This document shows positions 12,847 through 26,106 of a stretch of 64,000 nucleotides of DNA, piece by piece (the first letter of the stretch is position 1; every line of letters begins with the position of its first letter). Under the pieces are notes generated by a model. It searched no databases. It saw nothing but the letters and a program-made list of their open reading frames with translations, and had not been told where the DNA came from. The position numbers were made by a program, and so were the translations under genes. The stretch covers positions 32,860,001 to 32,924,000 of the forward strand of contig NC_091283.1 in assembly GCF_032444005.1 (NCBI RefSeq). Reading direction: 5' to 3'. The stretch comes from Ranitomeya imitator (lineage: Eukaryota).

Positions 12847-13534
12847 TCTGATTATCGATTTTGTTATTCTATCTTCTAAACATAATAATGGGGGCGGCCA
12901 TCCTTCCTGAGCTGCTGTTAACAGTAGTCAAAGGTTTGCTTTGTAACCTTCACGTGGATCTGAGGAATTTGTCCTCCGGAGAGGTGTATTGATTTTTATG
13001 TGACTGCTGAGGGCATGCTCTTTGACCTGTGCAGAGCACATTGTACAGGGAGGGGAGGAGATGAACTTTGACATCACTTATTTTCATCTTTTTTCTATAT
13101 TTAAGTGATAGTTGTCAGTGCAAGAGATGACTACTGAGAAGTGACCTTTTACAGAACAGAAATTATCAGACTATCACGAGGCTCAAAGGATAGGTAGATC
13201 ATTAAAAAAAAAAACTTCAATAAATATTTGTGATCATCTGTCATGGAAAATATTAAAATCCCTAAGCCACACTAGAGAGGGGGCATTTACCCCTTCCCTC
13301 CTCCAATATCACACAGAATTGCAGCATGAGACAAGAGCTGGCAATCTAGCTGACATTCTTCGAAATAGACTTATAAATGGAAGTAGGGAATTAGATCTAG
13401 TTGTGAAATTATCCATCCTAATTAACATGCAGGCAGCCCCTTTGTGAAGTGAAAGACCGAGGCAGGACCCAGGTGGCTAATCGAAGATGTCTGTTGTGCA
13501 TGGACAAAGAGTTACAGATTGGACAAATAGTTAA

Positions 13535-14281
13535 AGGTACCGTCACATTAAGCGACGCTGCAGCGATATAGACAACGATGCCGATCGCTGCAGCATCGCT
13601 GTTTAGTCGTTGTGTGGTCGCTGGAGAGCTGTCACACAGACAGCTCTCCAGCGACCAACGATGCCGAAGTCCCCTGGTAACCAGGGTAAACATCGGGTTA
13701 CTAGGCGCAGGGCCGCGCTTAGTAACCCGATGTTTACCCTGGTTACCATTGTAAATGTAAAAAAAAAAAAAACACTACATACTTACATTCCGGTGTCTGT
13801 CACGTCCCCCGCCTTCAGCTTCCCTGCACTGTGTAAGCGCCGGCCGTAAAGCAGAGCGGTGACGTCACCGCTGTGCTCTGCTTTACGGCCGGCCGGCGCT
13901 GACACAGTGCAGGGAAGCTGACGCCGGGGGACGTGACAGACACCGGAATGTAAGTATGTAGTGTTTTTTTTTTTACATTTACAATGGTAACCAGGGTAAA
14001 TATCGGGTTACTAAGCGCGGCCCTGCGCTTAGTAACCCGATGTTTACAATGGTTACAAGTGAAGACATCGCTGGATCGGCGTCACAAACGCCGATTCAGC
14101 GATGTCAGTGGGTGATCCAGCGACGAAATAAGGTGCTGGCCTTCTAGCTCCGACCAACGATGTCACAGCAGGATCCTGATCGCTGCTGCGTGTCAAACAC
14201 AACGATATCGCTAGCCAGGACGCTGTAACGTCACGGATCGCTATCGTTATCGTTCTAAAGTCGCTCAGTGTGAAGGTACCT
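13535..14281. mobile_element. Palindromic T2/Kolobok-type MITE
   Basis: TTAA|AGGTACCGTCACA ... TGTGAAGGTACCT|TTAG with extensive nested internal inverted repeats. Confidence 0.85.
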
Positions 14282-16357
14282 TTAGACAGGAGAAGGCTTT
14301 TTAAGTTTTGAAAGGAATTAAGCAAATGTCGCATCCCCTTTAGCGATAACTATTGTTCTTCACAGGTGCACATTCCTTTCATCCAAGCATCTTTGACAGT
14401 CGCTTGGCATCGATAGAAACATATGATTATTGGGACTTGTATAAATCGAATAGAGATGGGAGATAGCTTTCCAGCTTCAGGGCTAATAGGGGAAGAAGAT
14501 GCATATTTTTTTCATAACTGTAACCCCTGCTTATAAGCCCCAAATCCATAGGGAATAGGAATAAGAAAAAAAAATGTGGATTTAGAAAAGCGCTGCCAAG
14601 TGCTGTGCCATAAAGTGGGTGTCAAAACAAATGAACATTAAAATGTTACTTGTTTCTGAGCTGAACCTGCTCCTTCCTCAGTGGTAGCTTCCCAAAAATT
14701 AGCACAACTCCTGTGATAACATGTTGGGCGGAAGTTCTTATCCCCAGCCTGTCCGGGAGATGGGAAGTTATGTCCCGCTTGCTACCACCACAGGTCAAGT
14801 GGGAAGAACTGGGCAAAGCACCAAAGTTGACACATCTAATAGATGTGCCTTTTCTGGGTTGTGTGCGTGCTGCTATTTTCAGGCTGAGGGGGGCAATATC
14901 CATGGTCCACTGCTGTACCCACTCCCCATGCATCCATGTGTTAATTTTCTACATTAAAGAATATTTTTTTACCTGGTCACTGAGTGACACTTTTCTTATC
15001 TCTTTGGTTTAATTTTGTTCGACGCTGTTCGTTTGAGGTGCACCACCTGTTTCTGTGAATCTTATAAACTGCTGGTGCACTGAAAGCTATGCAACATGTT
15101 GTTTGATGCTGATTCCGTCACATTTTAGCAAAAATCTATGGCCCCTTATCAGCCTGAGAATACCATCCCCCGGCTGTCTGCTTTAGCTTGGCTAGTTTTC
15201 AAACATGGGGGAAACCTCACACCATTTATTTTTTATTTAAATCATTTACAAAAAAAAAAACAGCGTGAGGACCCCTCTATTCTTGATAATCAGCCATGAT
15301 AAAGCTGATAGCTGAGGGATGCAGGCCACAGCTGTCAGCTTTGCCATACTGGTTAACAAAAATAGAGGGTTCCCCATGCCGTTTTTTGTTTAAATTATTT
15401 AAATAAATAATAAAAATAGGAACCAAAGCCATTTTTTAAAATGAATTTATTTATAATGCAGATGCAGGCACTTCTCTCACTGTTAACAGGCGACAGCAGG
15501 CGTAGGCTGATGGGAGTGGTTCTCCCATCACCCAACGCTTGTGTCTGGAGATAAACTTTATACCGCCAGCAACAGCTGCTGGCTCACGCAGTCATATGAT
15601 AGCACTGGAGCTGCAGCTCTCTGACCCTTGGTAATGATCTTTCTACTGATCAGAGCTGCCAGAGTTTCTCACACTGTTGTACAGATGACAGCGTGGGAAA
15701 CCCCCAATGTTTGGCGTCTGTGTGTTCCCAATGTTATGAAGAAGTCCATTTTCAGAGTGCGTGCTTGGTCAGATGATAGGGGGCAGATGAGAGCTGTTTG
15801 ACACAAAGATCACAGTGGGTGGTTCTGTGTGGCCTTCCTGCGCTGGGATATCTTGACATTATAGTTTTTATTTTTTCACTGTTTAGGATGAATAACATCA
15901 GCAATTTGAACATAGTGCTCGGCTTTCTCTATCAGACCCATAGACAATGAATAGAGCAGAGGTTGAGCATGCCTGCTTCTGCTTCATTCAGAATGGGATT
16001 GCCATTCCAGAAACCCAACGTCAGCATCTTTAGGGGTACCCAGAGGTCAGACCCCCAGTGATCAGTAAGTTATGCACTATTCTATAAACAGGATATAACT
16101 CCTCTTTACTTCCTTTGGAGTTAAGGAAACAGTGTAGAACAGTCTGCCCGACTGTTCCTGGATCTCTAAAGATCCACTACTGGCCACTAAAGATATTTCC
16201 AGCACAGCCATAAGTGGCTGTGATGGGAATAACCCTATATTGAAAGGCATTTTAGTAACATCATTAATGAAGGGTATTAAAATGCTATTAACTTTCCAAT
16301 AAGAAGAATACAAAATATTGATTTTACCTCTCTTTCAGGTACTTGAGCTTGGCCGCA

Positions 16358-17290
16358 ATGCAAACAAACGAGACTTCAGTCATATATTTCATCATTAAGG
16401 GCATATCGGAAGATCCACATTTGCAGCTCCCAATCTTCTTACTGGTTCTCCTGATTTATCTCACTACTGTATCTGGAAACTTGACCATTCTCATTGCTTG
16501 CAGAGACCCTCATCTCCACACTCCCATGTATTTCTTCCTGGGCAACTTGTCCATAGTAGATATCTGTTGCTCTACAGTTTCCTTGCATAAGATCCTTACA
16601 AACTTCATCGTTGGAGATAAAAGGGTTTCTTTCTTTGCTTGCATGGCTCAGATGTACATGTTTGGGTCATTAGGAGGTCTTGAGCTGGCAATATTGACTG
16701 CCATGAGTTATGACCGCTATGTGGCCATCTGCAAACCTTTACAATATCACTTGATTATGAACTCTAGGATGTGTGGAATTTTGGCTACCGTCTGTTGGAT
16801 TTTGGGATTTTTGCAAGTTCTTCCTCCTGTTGGGACGGTCTACAGCTATTCTTGCTATTTCTCCATTGAGATCAATCACTTCTTCTGTGATATAATCCCT
16901 GTGATAAGAATTTCATGTGAAGACACCACATTTGTTGAAATGCTCTTCTTCATAGAAGGACTATTTCCCATAATCCTGACACCATTTCTCCTAACGTTTG
17001 TGTCTTACATATTTATCATACATGCCATACTAAGGATACGTACCAACTCTGGAAGATTGAAGGCCTTCTACACATGTTCCTCACACCTAACAGTGGTCAT
17101 ATTGCTGTACACAACACTTTTTGGACAATATCTGACTCCAAACCTAAGTAGCACTTTGGAGTCCAAGAAACTTTTTGCGCTGTTTAACACGGCTGCAGTT
17201 CCTCTACTAAATCCAGTAATCTACAGCCTAAAGAATAAAGATGTCAAAAGGGCTTTGAAAAAGATCCTAGGTCCTGGTGAACTAATTTGA
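16358..17290 (+). CDS. Class II olfactory receptor, intact, 310 aa
   Basis: ATG at 16358 after acceptor TCTTTCAG (16338). N-glycosylation site NET; LHTPMYFFL, MSYDRYVAIC, KAFYTCSSHL and PLLNPVIYSLKN motifs. Confidence 0.96.
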   Translation: MQTNETSVIYFIIKGISEDPHLQLPIFLLVLLIYLTTVSGNLTILIACRDPHLHTPMYFFLGNLSIVDICCSTVSLHKILTNFIVGDKRVSFFACMAQMYMFGSLGGLELAILTAMSYDRYVAICKPLQYHLIMNSRMCGILATVCWILGFLQVLPPVGTVYSYSCYFSIEINHFFCDIIPVIRISCEDTTFVEMLFFIEGLFPIILTPFLLTFVSYIFIIHAILRIRTNSGRLKAFYTCSSHLTVVILLYTTLFGQYLTPNLSSTLESKKLFALFNTAAVPLLNPVIYSLKNKDVKRALKKILGPGELI

Positions 17291-18631
17291 AGATTATGAT
17301 GGACAACTTCTCCAAGTGGAAAAATTATTTAAGTGGTTAATACACACATGCTAGCCACCTTAGGGAGAGACCCAAGTTGGGCTAAATGGGTAAACCTGCT
17401 ATTCTTTGTATTATGCTGCTTGCAAGTACTTTCCGTTTCAGGAAAGCATCCACTTAAGTGGTTAATAAATTCAGAAAAATATGTTTCTAAATATGCTACA
17501 TTGTGCATTGGAAATTAGGGTAGGATTCAAGAGCTCCATCCATTATCCTGAGGAGACAAGGTCTACAAAAATGTCCTCTTGGTAGGACCTATCATATAAA
17601 GCCACCAAAAGACCATTGGTTTCTCGCTTGGATAACATCTGATCACTGGTGTCAGTAATAGGGCATCTGATTGACAATTTATTTTACACAGTGTGTCATC
17701 AGAAAATTACCTATTTTGTACATCAGGTTATTTATGCATTCTTCAAATCTTTGGCAATGTTTTTTTCTCATCAAAAGAAATCTTACAATTTTTACATTGG
17801 CTGCAAAGACTTATTTAGACTATCTTCCTGTAGTTTCAGGAAATGCTCATGCAGATTCATAGGACTGAGCAGATTCAGACCATATCTATTTTATAGAAGC
17901 ATTTGATCCAGTGTGTGCAAAGCTGTGTGCAGTTAAGGGGAACATTGTGAATGGTGCAGCCAGGATCATATTCCTCACCAACCGTTACACCGATGCCTCT
18001 ACCTTGTGCCAGTCATTACACTGGTTACCCATCCACTCCAGAATCCAGTACAAACTTATTACCCTCATCCACAAAGCACTCTATGGTCAGCACCACCCTA
18101 CATCTCCTCCCTGTTTGCAGCCTACCACCCTACCCTTGCCCTCCATTCTGTTAATGACCTGAGGTTAGCATCCTCAATAATCAGAACCTCCCACTCCCGT
18201 CTCCAAGACTTTTCACGTGCTGCGCCAATTTTTTGGAATGCACTACCTAGGTTAATAAGATTAATCCCCAATCCCCACATTTTTAAGCGTGCCGTAAAAA
18301 TGCATTTGTTCAGACTGGCCTACCGCCTCAACGCATTAACCTAACTATCCCTGTGTGGCCCATTAAAAAAAAAACTTAAACCATAATCAGGATCCTCGCA
18401 TCATGTTCTCATACACTTTATGCAGTTAATAGCCCTCTGTGTCTGTACTGCTACATACTTAGGCTGATAACTGGTTCATGCAGCTTTATATGAACACCCG
18501 AGCCTTACACTATGGCCGGTCCGAACAATGAAAGCAATTGTTACCATCCACCTCTCGTGTCTCCCCTTTTCCTCATAGATTGTAAGCTTGCGAGCAGGGC
18601 CCTCATTCCTCCTGGTATCTGTTTTGATCTA

Positions 18632-20238
18632 CAGTGGGGCAAAAAAGTATTTAGTCAGTCAGCAATAGTGCAAGTTCCACCACTTAAAAAGATGAGAGGC
18701 GTCTGTAATTTACATCATAGGTAGACCTCAACTATGGGAGACAAACTGAGAAAAAAAAATCCAGAAAATCACATTGTCTGTTTTTTTAACATTTTATTTG
18801 CATATTATGGTGGAAAATAAGTATTTGGTCAGAAACAAAATTTCATCTCAATACTTTGTAATATATCCTTTGTTGGCAATGACAGAGGTCAAACATTTTC
18901 TGTAAGTCTTCACAAGGTTGCTACACACTGTTGTTGGTATGTTGGCTCATTCCTCCATGCAGATCTCCTCTAGAGCAGTGATGTTTTTGGCTTTTCGCTT
19001 GGCAACATGGACTTTCAACTCCCTCCAAAGGTTTTTTATAGGGTTGAGATCTGGAGACTGGCTAGGCCACTCCAGGACCTTGAAATGCTTCTTACGAAGC
19101 CACTCCTTCGTTGCCCTGGCGGTGTGCTTTGGATCATTGTCATGTTGAAAGACCCATCCACGTTTCATCTTCAATGCCCTTGCTGATGGAAGGAGGTTTG
19201 CACTCAAAATCTCACGATACATGGCCCCATTCATTCTTTCATGTACCTGGATCAGTCGTCCTGGCCCCTCTGCAGAGAAACAGTCCCAAAGCATGATGTT
19301 TCCACCACCATGCTTTACAGTAGGTATGGTGTATGATGGATGCAACTCAGTATTCTTTTTCCTCCAAACACGACAAGTTGTGTTTCTACCAAACAGTTCC
19401 AGTTTGGTTTCATCAGACCATAGGACATTCTCCCAAAACTCCTCTGGATCATCCAAATGCTCTCTAGCAAACTTCAGACGGGCCCGGACATGTACTGGCT
19501 TAAGCAGTGGGACACGTCTGGCACTGCAGGATCTGAGTCCATGGTGGCGTAGTGTGTTACTTATGGTAGGCCTTATTACATTGGTCCCAGCTCTCTGCAG
19601 TTCATTCACTAGGTCCCCCCGCGTGGTTCTGGGATTTTTGCTCACCGTTCTTGTGATCATTCTGACCCCACGGGGTGGGATTTTGCGTGGAGCCCCAGAT
19701 CGAGGGAGATTATCAGTGGTCTTGTATGTCTTCCATTTTCTAATTATTGCTCCCACTGTTGATTTCTTCACTCCAAGCTGGTTGGCTATTGCAGATTCAG
19801 TCTTCCCAGCCTGGTGCAGGGCTACAATTTTGTTTCTGGTGTCCTTTGACAGCTCTTTGGTCTTCACCATAGTGGAGTTTGGAGTCAGACTGTTTGAGGG
19901 TGTGCACAGGTGTCTTTTTATACTGATAACAAGTTTAAACAGGTGCCATTACTACAGGTAATGAGTGGAGGAAAGAGGAGACTCTTAAAGAAGAAGTTAC
20001 AGGTCTGTGAGAGCCAGAAATCTTGATTGTTTGTTTCTGACCAAATACTTATTTTCCACCATAATATGCAAAAAAAATGATAAAAAAAACAGACAATGTG
20101 ATTTTCTGGATTTTTTTTTCTCAGTTTGTCTCCCATAGTTGAGGTCTACCTATGATGTAAATTACAGACACCTCTCATCTTTTTAAGTGGTGGAACTTGC
20201 ACTATTGCTGACTGACTAAATACTTTTTTGCCCCACTG
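18632..20238 (-). mobile_element. Full-length Tc1 DNA transposon, copy B (1607 bp)
   Basis: TA TSDs at 18630-18631 and 20239-20240; same TIRs as copy A. Confidence 0.97.
18848..19870 (-). pseudogene. Tc1 transposase with catalytic E->K and a premature stop
   Basis: [11 protein letters not shown] instead of [14 protein letters not shown]->TGA at 18947-18949 truncates the protein at 307 of ~340 aa. Confidence 0.92.
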
Positions 20239-20815
20239 TATATTGTTATGCTGTAATGTCTATTGTCTGTACAAATCCCCTCTATAATTGTAAAGTGCTG
20301 CGGAATATGTTGGCGCTATATAAATAAAAATTATTATTATCATTAATGGTGGATTCTTTGTCATCAGTCATTGCACAAGAGGAGAAGGTCAGATGTGACA
20401 TCACATATCACCTGTCATTGTAATCCTACCTATGATCGACAAAAACTGGTAAAAATTCTGCCGGAAAAGACAGGAAGTAGGAGTCTAAAAGGGCTCTGAT
20501 GGCCTCGTAAATATTGTAAGATAAATAATTGTGTTTTTAATAATAATCATAATATGAAAAAATGGGGCAAAAAACCGACATGAAACAAAAATCTAGTTTA
20601 AACAATAGATCATTTTCTAATGACACATTCCCTTTAAGGCAGAACCCTTCAAACTAAAAGGATTGGTGCACAACTTGTTAATAGCCAAAGAAGTGGAAGG
20701 CTTCTCTCCTGCTTTCATTTAGTTGTGGGAGAGAGATTTGAGTCAATCTCTTGCCCCAGATACCTGGAGTAAAACCCTTATACTGACTCAAAACTCACAT
20801 TTTCTTGTCGACTAA

Positions 20816-21682
20816 AGGTACCTTTACACTAAACGACTTACCAACGATCACGACCAGCGATACGACCTGGCCGTGATCGTTGGTAAGTCGTTGTGTGGTC
20901 GCTGGGGAGCTGTCACACAGACGTATCTCTCCAGCGACCAACGATCAGGGGAACGACTTCAGCATCGTTGAAACTGTCTTCAACGATGCCGAAGTCCCCC
21001 TGCAGCACCCGGGTAACCAGGGTAAACATCGGGTTACTAAGTGCAGGGCCGCGCTTAGTAACCCGATATTTACCCTGGTTGCCATTGTAAAAGTAAAAAA
21101 AAAAAAAAACAGTACATACTCACATTCTGATGTCTGTCACGTCCCCCGCCGGCGTCCACAGGGTTAAAACTGCTTTCGGCAAGAGCGCTACTAATGCACG
21201 CGGTGCTGCCGAGAGTTTCCCTGCACTGACTGTGTCAGCGCCGGCTGTAAAGCAGAGCACAGCGGTGACGTCACCGCTGTGCTCTGCTTTACGGCCGGCG
21301 CTGACACAGTGGACGCCGAGGGACGTGACAGACATCGGAATGTGAGTATGTAGTGTTTTTTTTTAACTTTTACAATGGTATCCAGGGTAAATATCGGGTT
21401 ACTAAGCGCGGCCCTGCGCTTAGTAACCCGATATTTACCCTGGTTACAAGTGAACACATCGCTGGATCAGCGTCACACACGCCGATCCAGCGATGACAGC
21501 GGGTGATCAGTGACCAAAAAATGGTCCTGATCATTCCCCAACGACCAACGATCTCCCAGCAGGGGCCTGATCGTTGGTCACTGTCACACATAACGAGATT
21601 GTTAGCGGGATCGTTGCTATGTCACCAAAAGCGTGACGTTGCAATGATATCGTTAACGATATCGTTATGTGTGACGGTACCT
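20816..21682. mobile_element. Palindromic T2/Kolobok-type MITE, same family as 13535
   Basis: AGGTACCTTTACAC ... GTGTGACGGTACCT termini with TTAA-like flanks; shares internal GGTAACCAGGGTAAA blocks with the 13535 copy. Confidence 0.85.
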
Positions 21683-22925
21683 TAAGAGGGATAGAACCCC
21701 TGACAAAGTACATAAAATGTACTCTAATTCATCTCCTCTATTTTGAAAATGCACTTCAACCATCAGTACAATGCTTCACACATGGTGGGAATTCCAACAC
21801 GGCTCAACTACAGTATATGGCGTGATGTTTTCACCCACTACAGTACCTCAAGCGAAACAGATATTCACATGACACCATAGCTGGCTTTCTTATACATGTT
21901 TCTAAGCTCCATCTTAAAGCTAAAGAAAGGCTTTCTTAGATACTTTGTCATAGCTGCAATGCAAATCTTACCCAGGTTCTGGAAATCTATAACACTTCCC
22001 TATAAATTAATGTGGGTTGAAGCTCTTGATGCTATAAAATTCATGTAGGAGAAAAGACCTGATGATAACAATCTATCAACCTTTTTAACCAGTTAGCTTT
22101 CATGGACTCATTTAAGGGTTTCCTCTGCGATCAATACTTGGCTATCAGATGGTCCTGTCCCAATCTTGGTGAGCTTTACCTCTTCTTAAAATCTCCCTTT
22201 TTTTCGTCTTCAAATTTGTACGCTGAATAAATTGCTGCCAAAGGAATACACAAATTGACCTATATCAGGATATTTGTATTTAATATTTTGTGACAGTTTT
22301 ATCATTTGGTCAATCACAGAGCTGTTTATATGGCTATGTTATTTTATTAGGTAGTTTTATAATGTTGCTATCTACGTTACTTATAGTTTTCAGGGCGAAA
22401 ATTGTGAAACTGAAACATTTCATGGAAATAAAAACAACATGGGCTTTACCCAAGAAACATGATAATGATTACTGGGTTACTGATCTGGAAATAACATAAC
22501 ATGTGATATAATATGATATTCTTATTGATTAGACATTATGGCTCATTTTATTATTAGCAGTAGTAGTAGTAGTAGTAGCAGTTGGAGTAATAATAATTGT
22601 ATTATTACTTATTTTAAAGTACTTTACTTCCATGACATTGAATATTTAAAAAAAGAGTGTAAACAAGGCTTATAGTGCATACATAAGTAGAACATAAGGT
22701 AAAAAAAAGAAGTAAAAACAAGCAAAAGGAACTAAATAAGGGACAGCCTGGTATGCAGGGAGAGAACATCCTGCCCGCGAGGGATTACAAATTACAAGAA
22801 GAGGAAAAGAAAGTAGTCAGAGACAGAGTGCACAGAATATGTTTATTTGGCAGTGCTGTGGTAATAAGGTTTCAGTAGGATTTAGCTTTTCTAAGGTAGG
22901 AGATAGTCTGAACAAATGGGCTAGA

Positions 22926-23045
22926 GAATCATAGAATTACAGAAGCCTTGAATATTGGAAGGGACCTCCACGGTCATCAGGTCCAACCCACTACTCAATG
23001 CAGGATTCACAAAATCATCTCAGACAGATGTCTGTCCGGCCTCTG
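22926..23045 (-). mobile_element. CR1 3' tail fragment of a second family
   Basis: Minus strand reads ..GGAGGTCCCTTCCAA..TTCTGTAATTCTATGATTCT, a classical CR1 3' terminus. Confidence 0.7.
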
Positions 23046-23180
23046 AAGAGTCCCAAAAATTTACCCTCCAACTCACCTCTGGAACAGTGACTACCTAAAG
23101 GAACTACATATCCACGGCAGGTGGCCATGTATGCAATCCTGTAAACTGAAGTCTATGGGAATTACTCCAATTTAGAAGTA

Positions 23181-24402
23181 CCGTATATACTCGAGTATAA
23201 GCCAAGAATTTCAGCCCATTTTTTTAGGATGAAATTGCCCCTCTCGGCTTATACTCGAGTCATACCCAGGGGTCGGCAGGGGAGGGAGAGCGACAGCTGT
23301 GTAATAATACTGACCTGCTCCTGGCGCGGTGTGCAGTCCCCTGGTTCTCCGGCGCCGGCAGCTTCTTCCTGTAGTGAGCGGTCACATGGTACAGCTCATT
23401 ACAGTAATGAATATGGACTCCCATAGGGGTGGAGCCGCATATTCATTACTGTAATGAGCTGTACCGTGTGACCGCTCAATACAGGAAGAAGCTGCCGGCG
23501 CCGGGGAACAGACCTGCAGGGACCGCGCCAGGAGCAGGTGAGTATAACTCAGTGCGTGATATTCACCTGTTTCCCGTTCCACCAACGGCCGCCGCTGCGT
23601 CTTCCCTGTCCTCTGCAGTGACGCTCAGGTCAGAGGGCGCGGTGACGTGATTAGTGTGCGTGCCGCCCTCTGCCTGAACAGTCAGTGCAGAGGACATGGA
23701 AGACACAGCGGCGCCTACGGTGGAACGGGAAAGGTGACCATAGTGACCAAGTGCCAGGGGTGAGTATGTCTTTTTTTTTTTTTTTTATCGCAGCAACAGC
23801 ATATGGGGCAAATGTCTACATGGAGCATCTTATGGGGCCATGTGCAGCATTATATGGGGCAAATATCTGTATGGGGCCATGTGCAGCATTATATGGGGCA
23901 AATATCTGTATGGGGCCATGTACAGCATTATATGGGGCAAATATCTGTATGGGGCCATGTGCAGCATTATATGGGGCAAATGTCTCTATGGAGCCATGTG
24001 CAGCATCATATGGGGCAAATATCTCTATGGAGCGTCTTATGGGGCCATAATCAGCATTTGTGGACATTAAATGGAGCAAATGTCTGTATGGAGCATCTTA
24101 TGGGGTCATAATCAACATTTGTGCAGCATTATATGGGGCATATTTTAATATGGAGCATCTTATGGGGCCCATCATAAACTGTATGGAGCATTATATGGGG
24201 CTCCTGATTCAATATAGATATTCAAAAATACTTAACCTACTGATGTCTCAATTAATTTTACTTTTATTGGTATCTATTTTTACTTTTGACATTTACCAGA
24301 AGCTGCTGCATTTTCCACCCTAGGCTTTTACTCGAGTCATTAAGTTTTCCCAGTTTTTTGTGGCAAAATTAGGGGGGTCGGCTTATACTCAAGTATATAT
24401 GA
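23181..24402. mobile_element. Non-autonomous Tc1/mariner-superfamily (pogo/Tc2-like) element
   Basis: TA|CCGTATATACTCGAGTATAAGCC ... GGCTTATACTCAAGTATATATGA|TA. Internal hairpin of ~105-bp arms at 23320-23540. Confidence 0.8.
23800..24200. repeat. 39-bp minisatellite inside the 23181 element
   Basis: Unit TATGGGGCAAATATCTGTATGGGGCCATGTGCAGCATTA, about 4 clean copies plus degenerate flanking copies. Confidence 0.9.
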
Positions 24403-24770
24403 TATATAGGATTCAGATTATGGCTGGTGAGAATAGACTAAATAAATGTGTGTGATTTCCAAAAATCTCCAGGGGTTTCCCAGGGTGTTTGTATACCGTA
24501 ATTATAGGCTTCATGAATAAAGGTGATCTACACATAAAATTAGGCGGTTAATACATAATATCAAATAGCAAAATGAATAGCTGCATAATAAGTAATAGTC
24601 ACTCTGTATCCACCCAACTTGGTCACAACCATACTCAGTTCTTTGTTCAAGAGTTCATGCAAAAACTAGCACACCACACTCATGAGGTTTATCAGTTCAT
24701 TTCTTACTCTAACAAAGGTTATTCACAATGGAAATGCAGGTGTAAATCAAGTCTCCCTAGGTTTGTAATA

Positions 24771-25365
24771 CACTGCTCGAAAAAATAAAGGGAACCCTAA
24801 AATCCATATCCTAGGTATCACTAAATAAAATATTCCAGTTACAAATCTTAATTCATTACATAGTGGTATGTGTTGAGAACAATAAAACATCAAAATGATC
24901 AATGTAAAATCAAAATTAATATCCCATGGAGGTCTGGATTTAGAATGATGCTCAAAATCAAAATGCAGGTTGATGCAACTTCAGTGGAAATGCCTCATGA
25001 CAAGGAAATGATGCTCAGTAGTGTGTGTGGCCTCCATGTGCCTGTATGACCTCCCTACAATGCATGGACATGCTCCTGATAAAGTGGCAGATGTTTTCTT
25101 GAGGGATCTCCTCCCAGACCTGGATTGATGGATTATGTCCCTGATGTGCTCAATTTGATTCTGGTCTGGTCTGGGGAACGGGCGGGCCAGTCCATGGCAT
25201 CCATGCCTTCATCATGCAGTAACTGCTGACACACTTCAGCCACATGAGGCCTAGCATTGCTGCGCATCAGAAGGAACCCAGGGCCCACTGCACCTGGATA
25301 TGTCCTAACAATGGGTCTGAGAATCTCATCCCGGTACCTAATGACAGTCAGACTACCTGTTGTCT
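24771..25365 (-). mobile_element. Right-end fragment of a second Tc1 family (same family as 39182-48302)
   Basis: TA|CACTGCTCGAAAAAATAAAGGGAAC TIR; matches the reverse complement of 47720-48302; MDWPARSPD motif. Confidence 0.85.
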
Positions 25366-25664
25366 GTTCCATTTAGCATGTGTCATCTGAGACATCATGA
25401 GTGCAGGAAGAGCCGCCGCAGAATGTAGGACAATGCATAAGGAGACATTGTCTGTCTTTCCTGGCCCTCTACAATCTAGCAATTTAATGACCAGACAGTT
25501 GTCATTTAAGCTCATTTCAAAGAAAGAGAATCACAGAAAATTTTTGTATTAGGGTGAATCAGAATTTTCTGTAAAAATTTGAGGCAAATTTGATTCACTT
25601 TGAACCAATTTAGTCATCTCAAATTCCAACTGATTGGATACTTACAACTCTAGTCAAGCCAGAT

Positions 25665-26106
25665 GGCATGGTGGCTCAGAAACCACAGACGGCATGGTGG
25701 CTCAGAAACCACAGATGGCATGGTGGCTCAGAAACCACAGACGGCATGGTGGCTCAGAAACCACAGACGGCATGGTGGCTCAGAAACCACAGACGGCATG
25801 GTGGCTCAGAAACCACAGACGGCATGGTGGCTCAGAAACCACAGACGGCATGGTGGCTCAGAAACCACAGACGGCATGGTGGCTCAGAAACCACAGACGG
25901 CATGGTGGCTCAGAAACCACAGACGGCATGGTGGCTCAGAAACCACAGATGGCATGGTGGCTCAGAAACCACAGACGGCATGGTGGCTCAGAAACCACAG
26001 ACGGCATCGTGGCTCAGAAACCACAGACGGCTTAGTGGCTCAGAAACCACAGACGGCATCGTGGCTCAGAAACCACAGACGGCTTGGTGGCTCAGAAACC
26101 ACAGAC
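25665..26106. repeat. 26-bp minisatellite, 17 units
   Basis: Unit GGCATGGTGGCTCAGAAACCACAGAC with period 26 from 25665 to 26107. Confidence 0.97.

Larger units (their letters stand above)
17946..20340 (+). mobile_element. 5'-truncated L2 LINE whose 3' UTR is interrupted by Tc1 copy B
   Basis: AARIIF..LHWLPIHSRIQYK..LQDFSRAAPIFWNALP. The 3' UTR resumes after 20240 and ends in a GGAATAT hairpin and an (ATT)n tail. Confidence 0.85.

Noticed and set aside
25665-26106. CRISPR-like appearance of the 26-bp array
   Set aside because: No unique spacers, the units are contiguous, there are no cas genes, and the context is eukaryotic.
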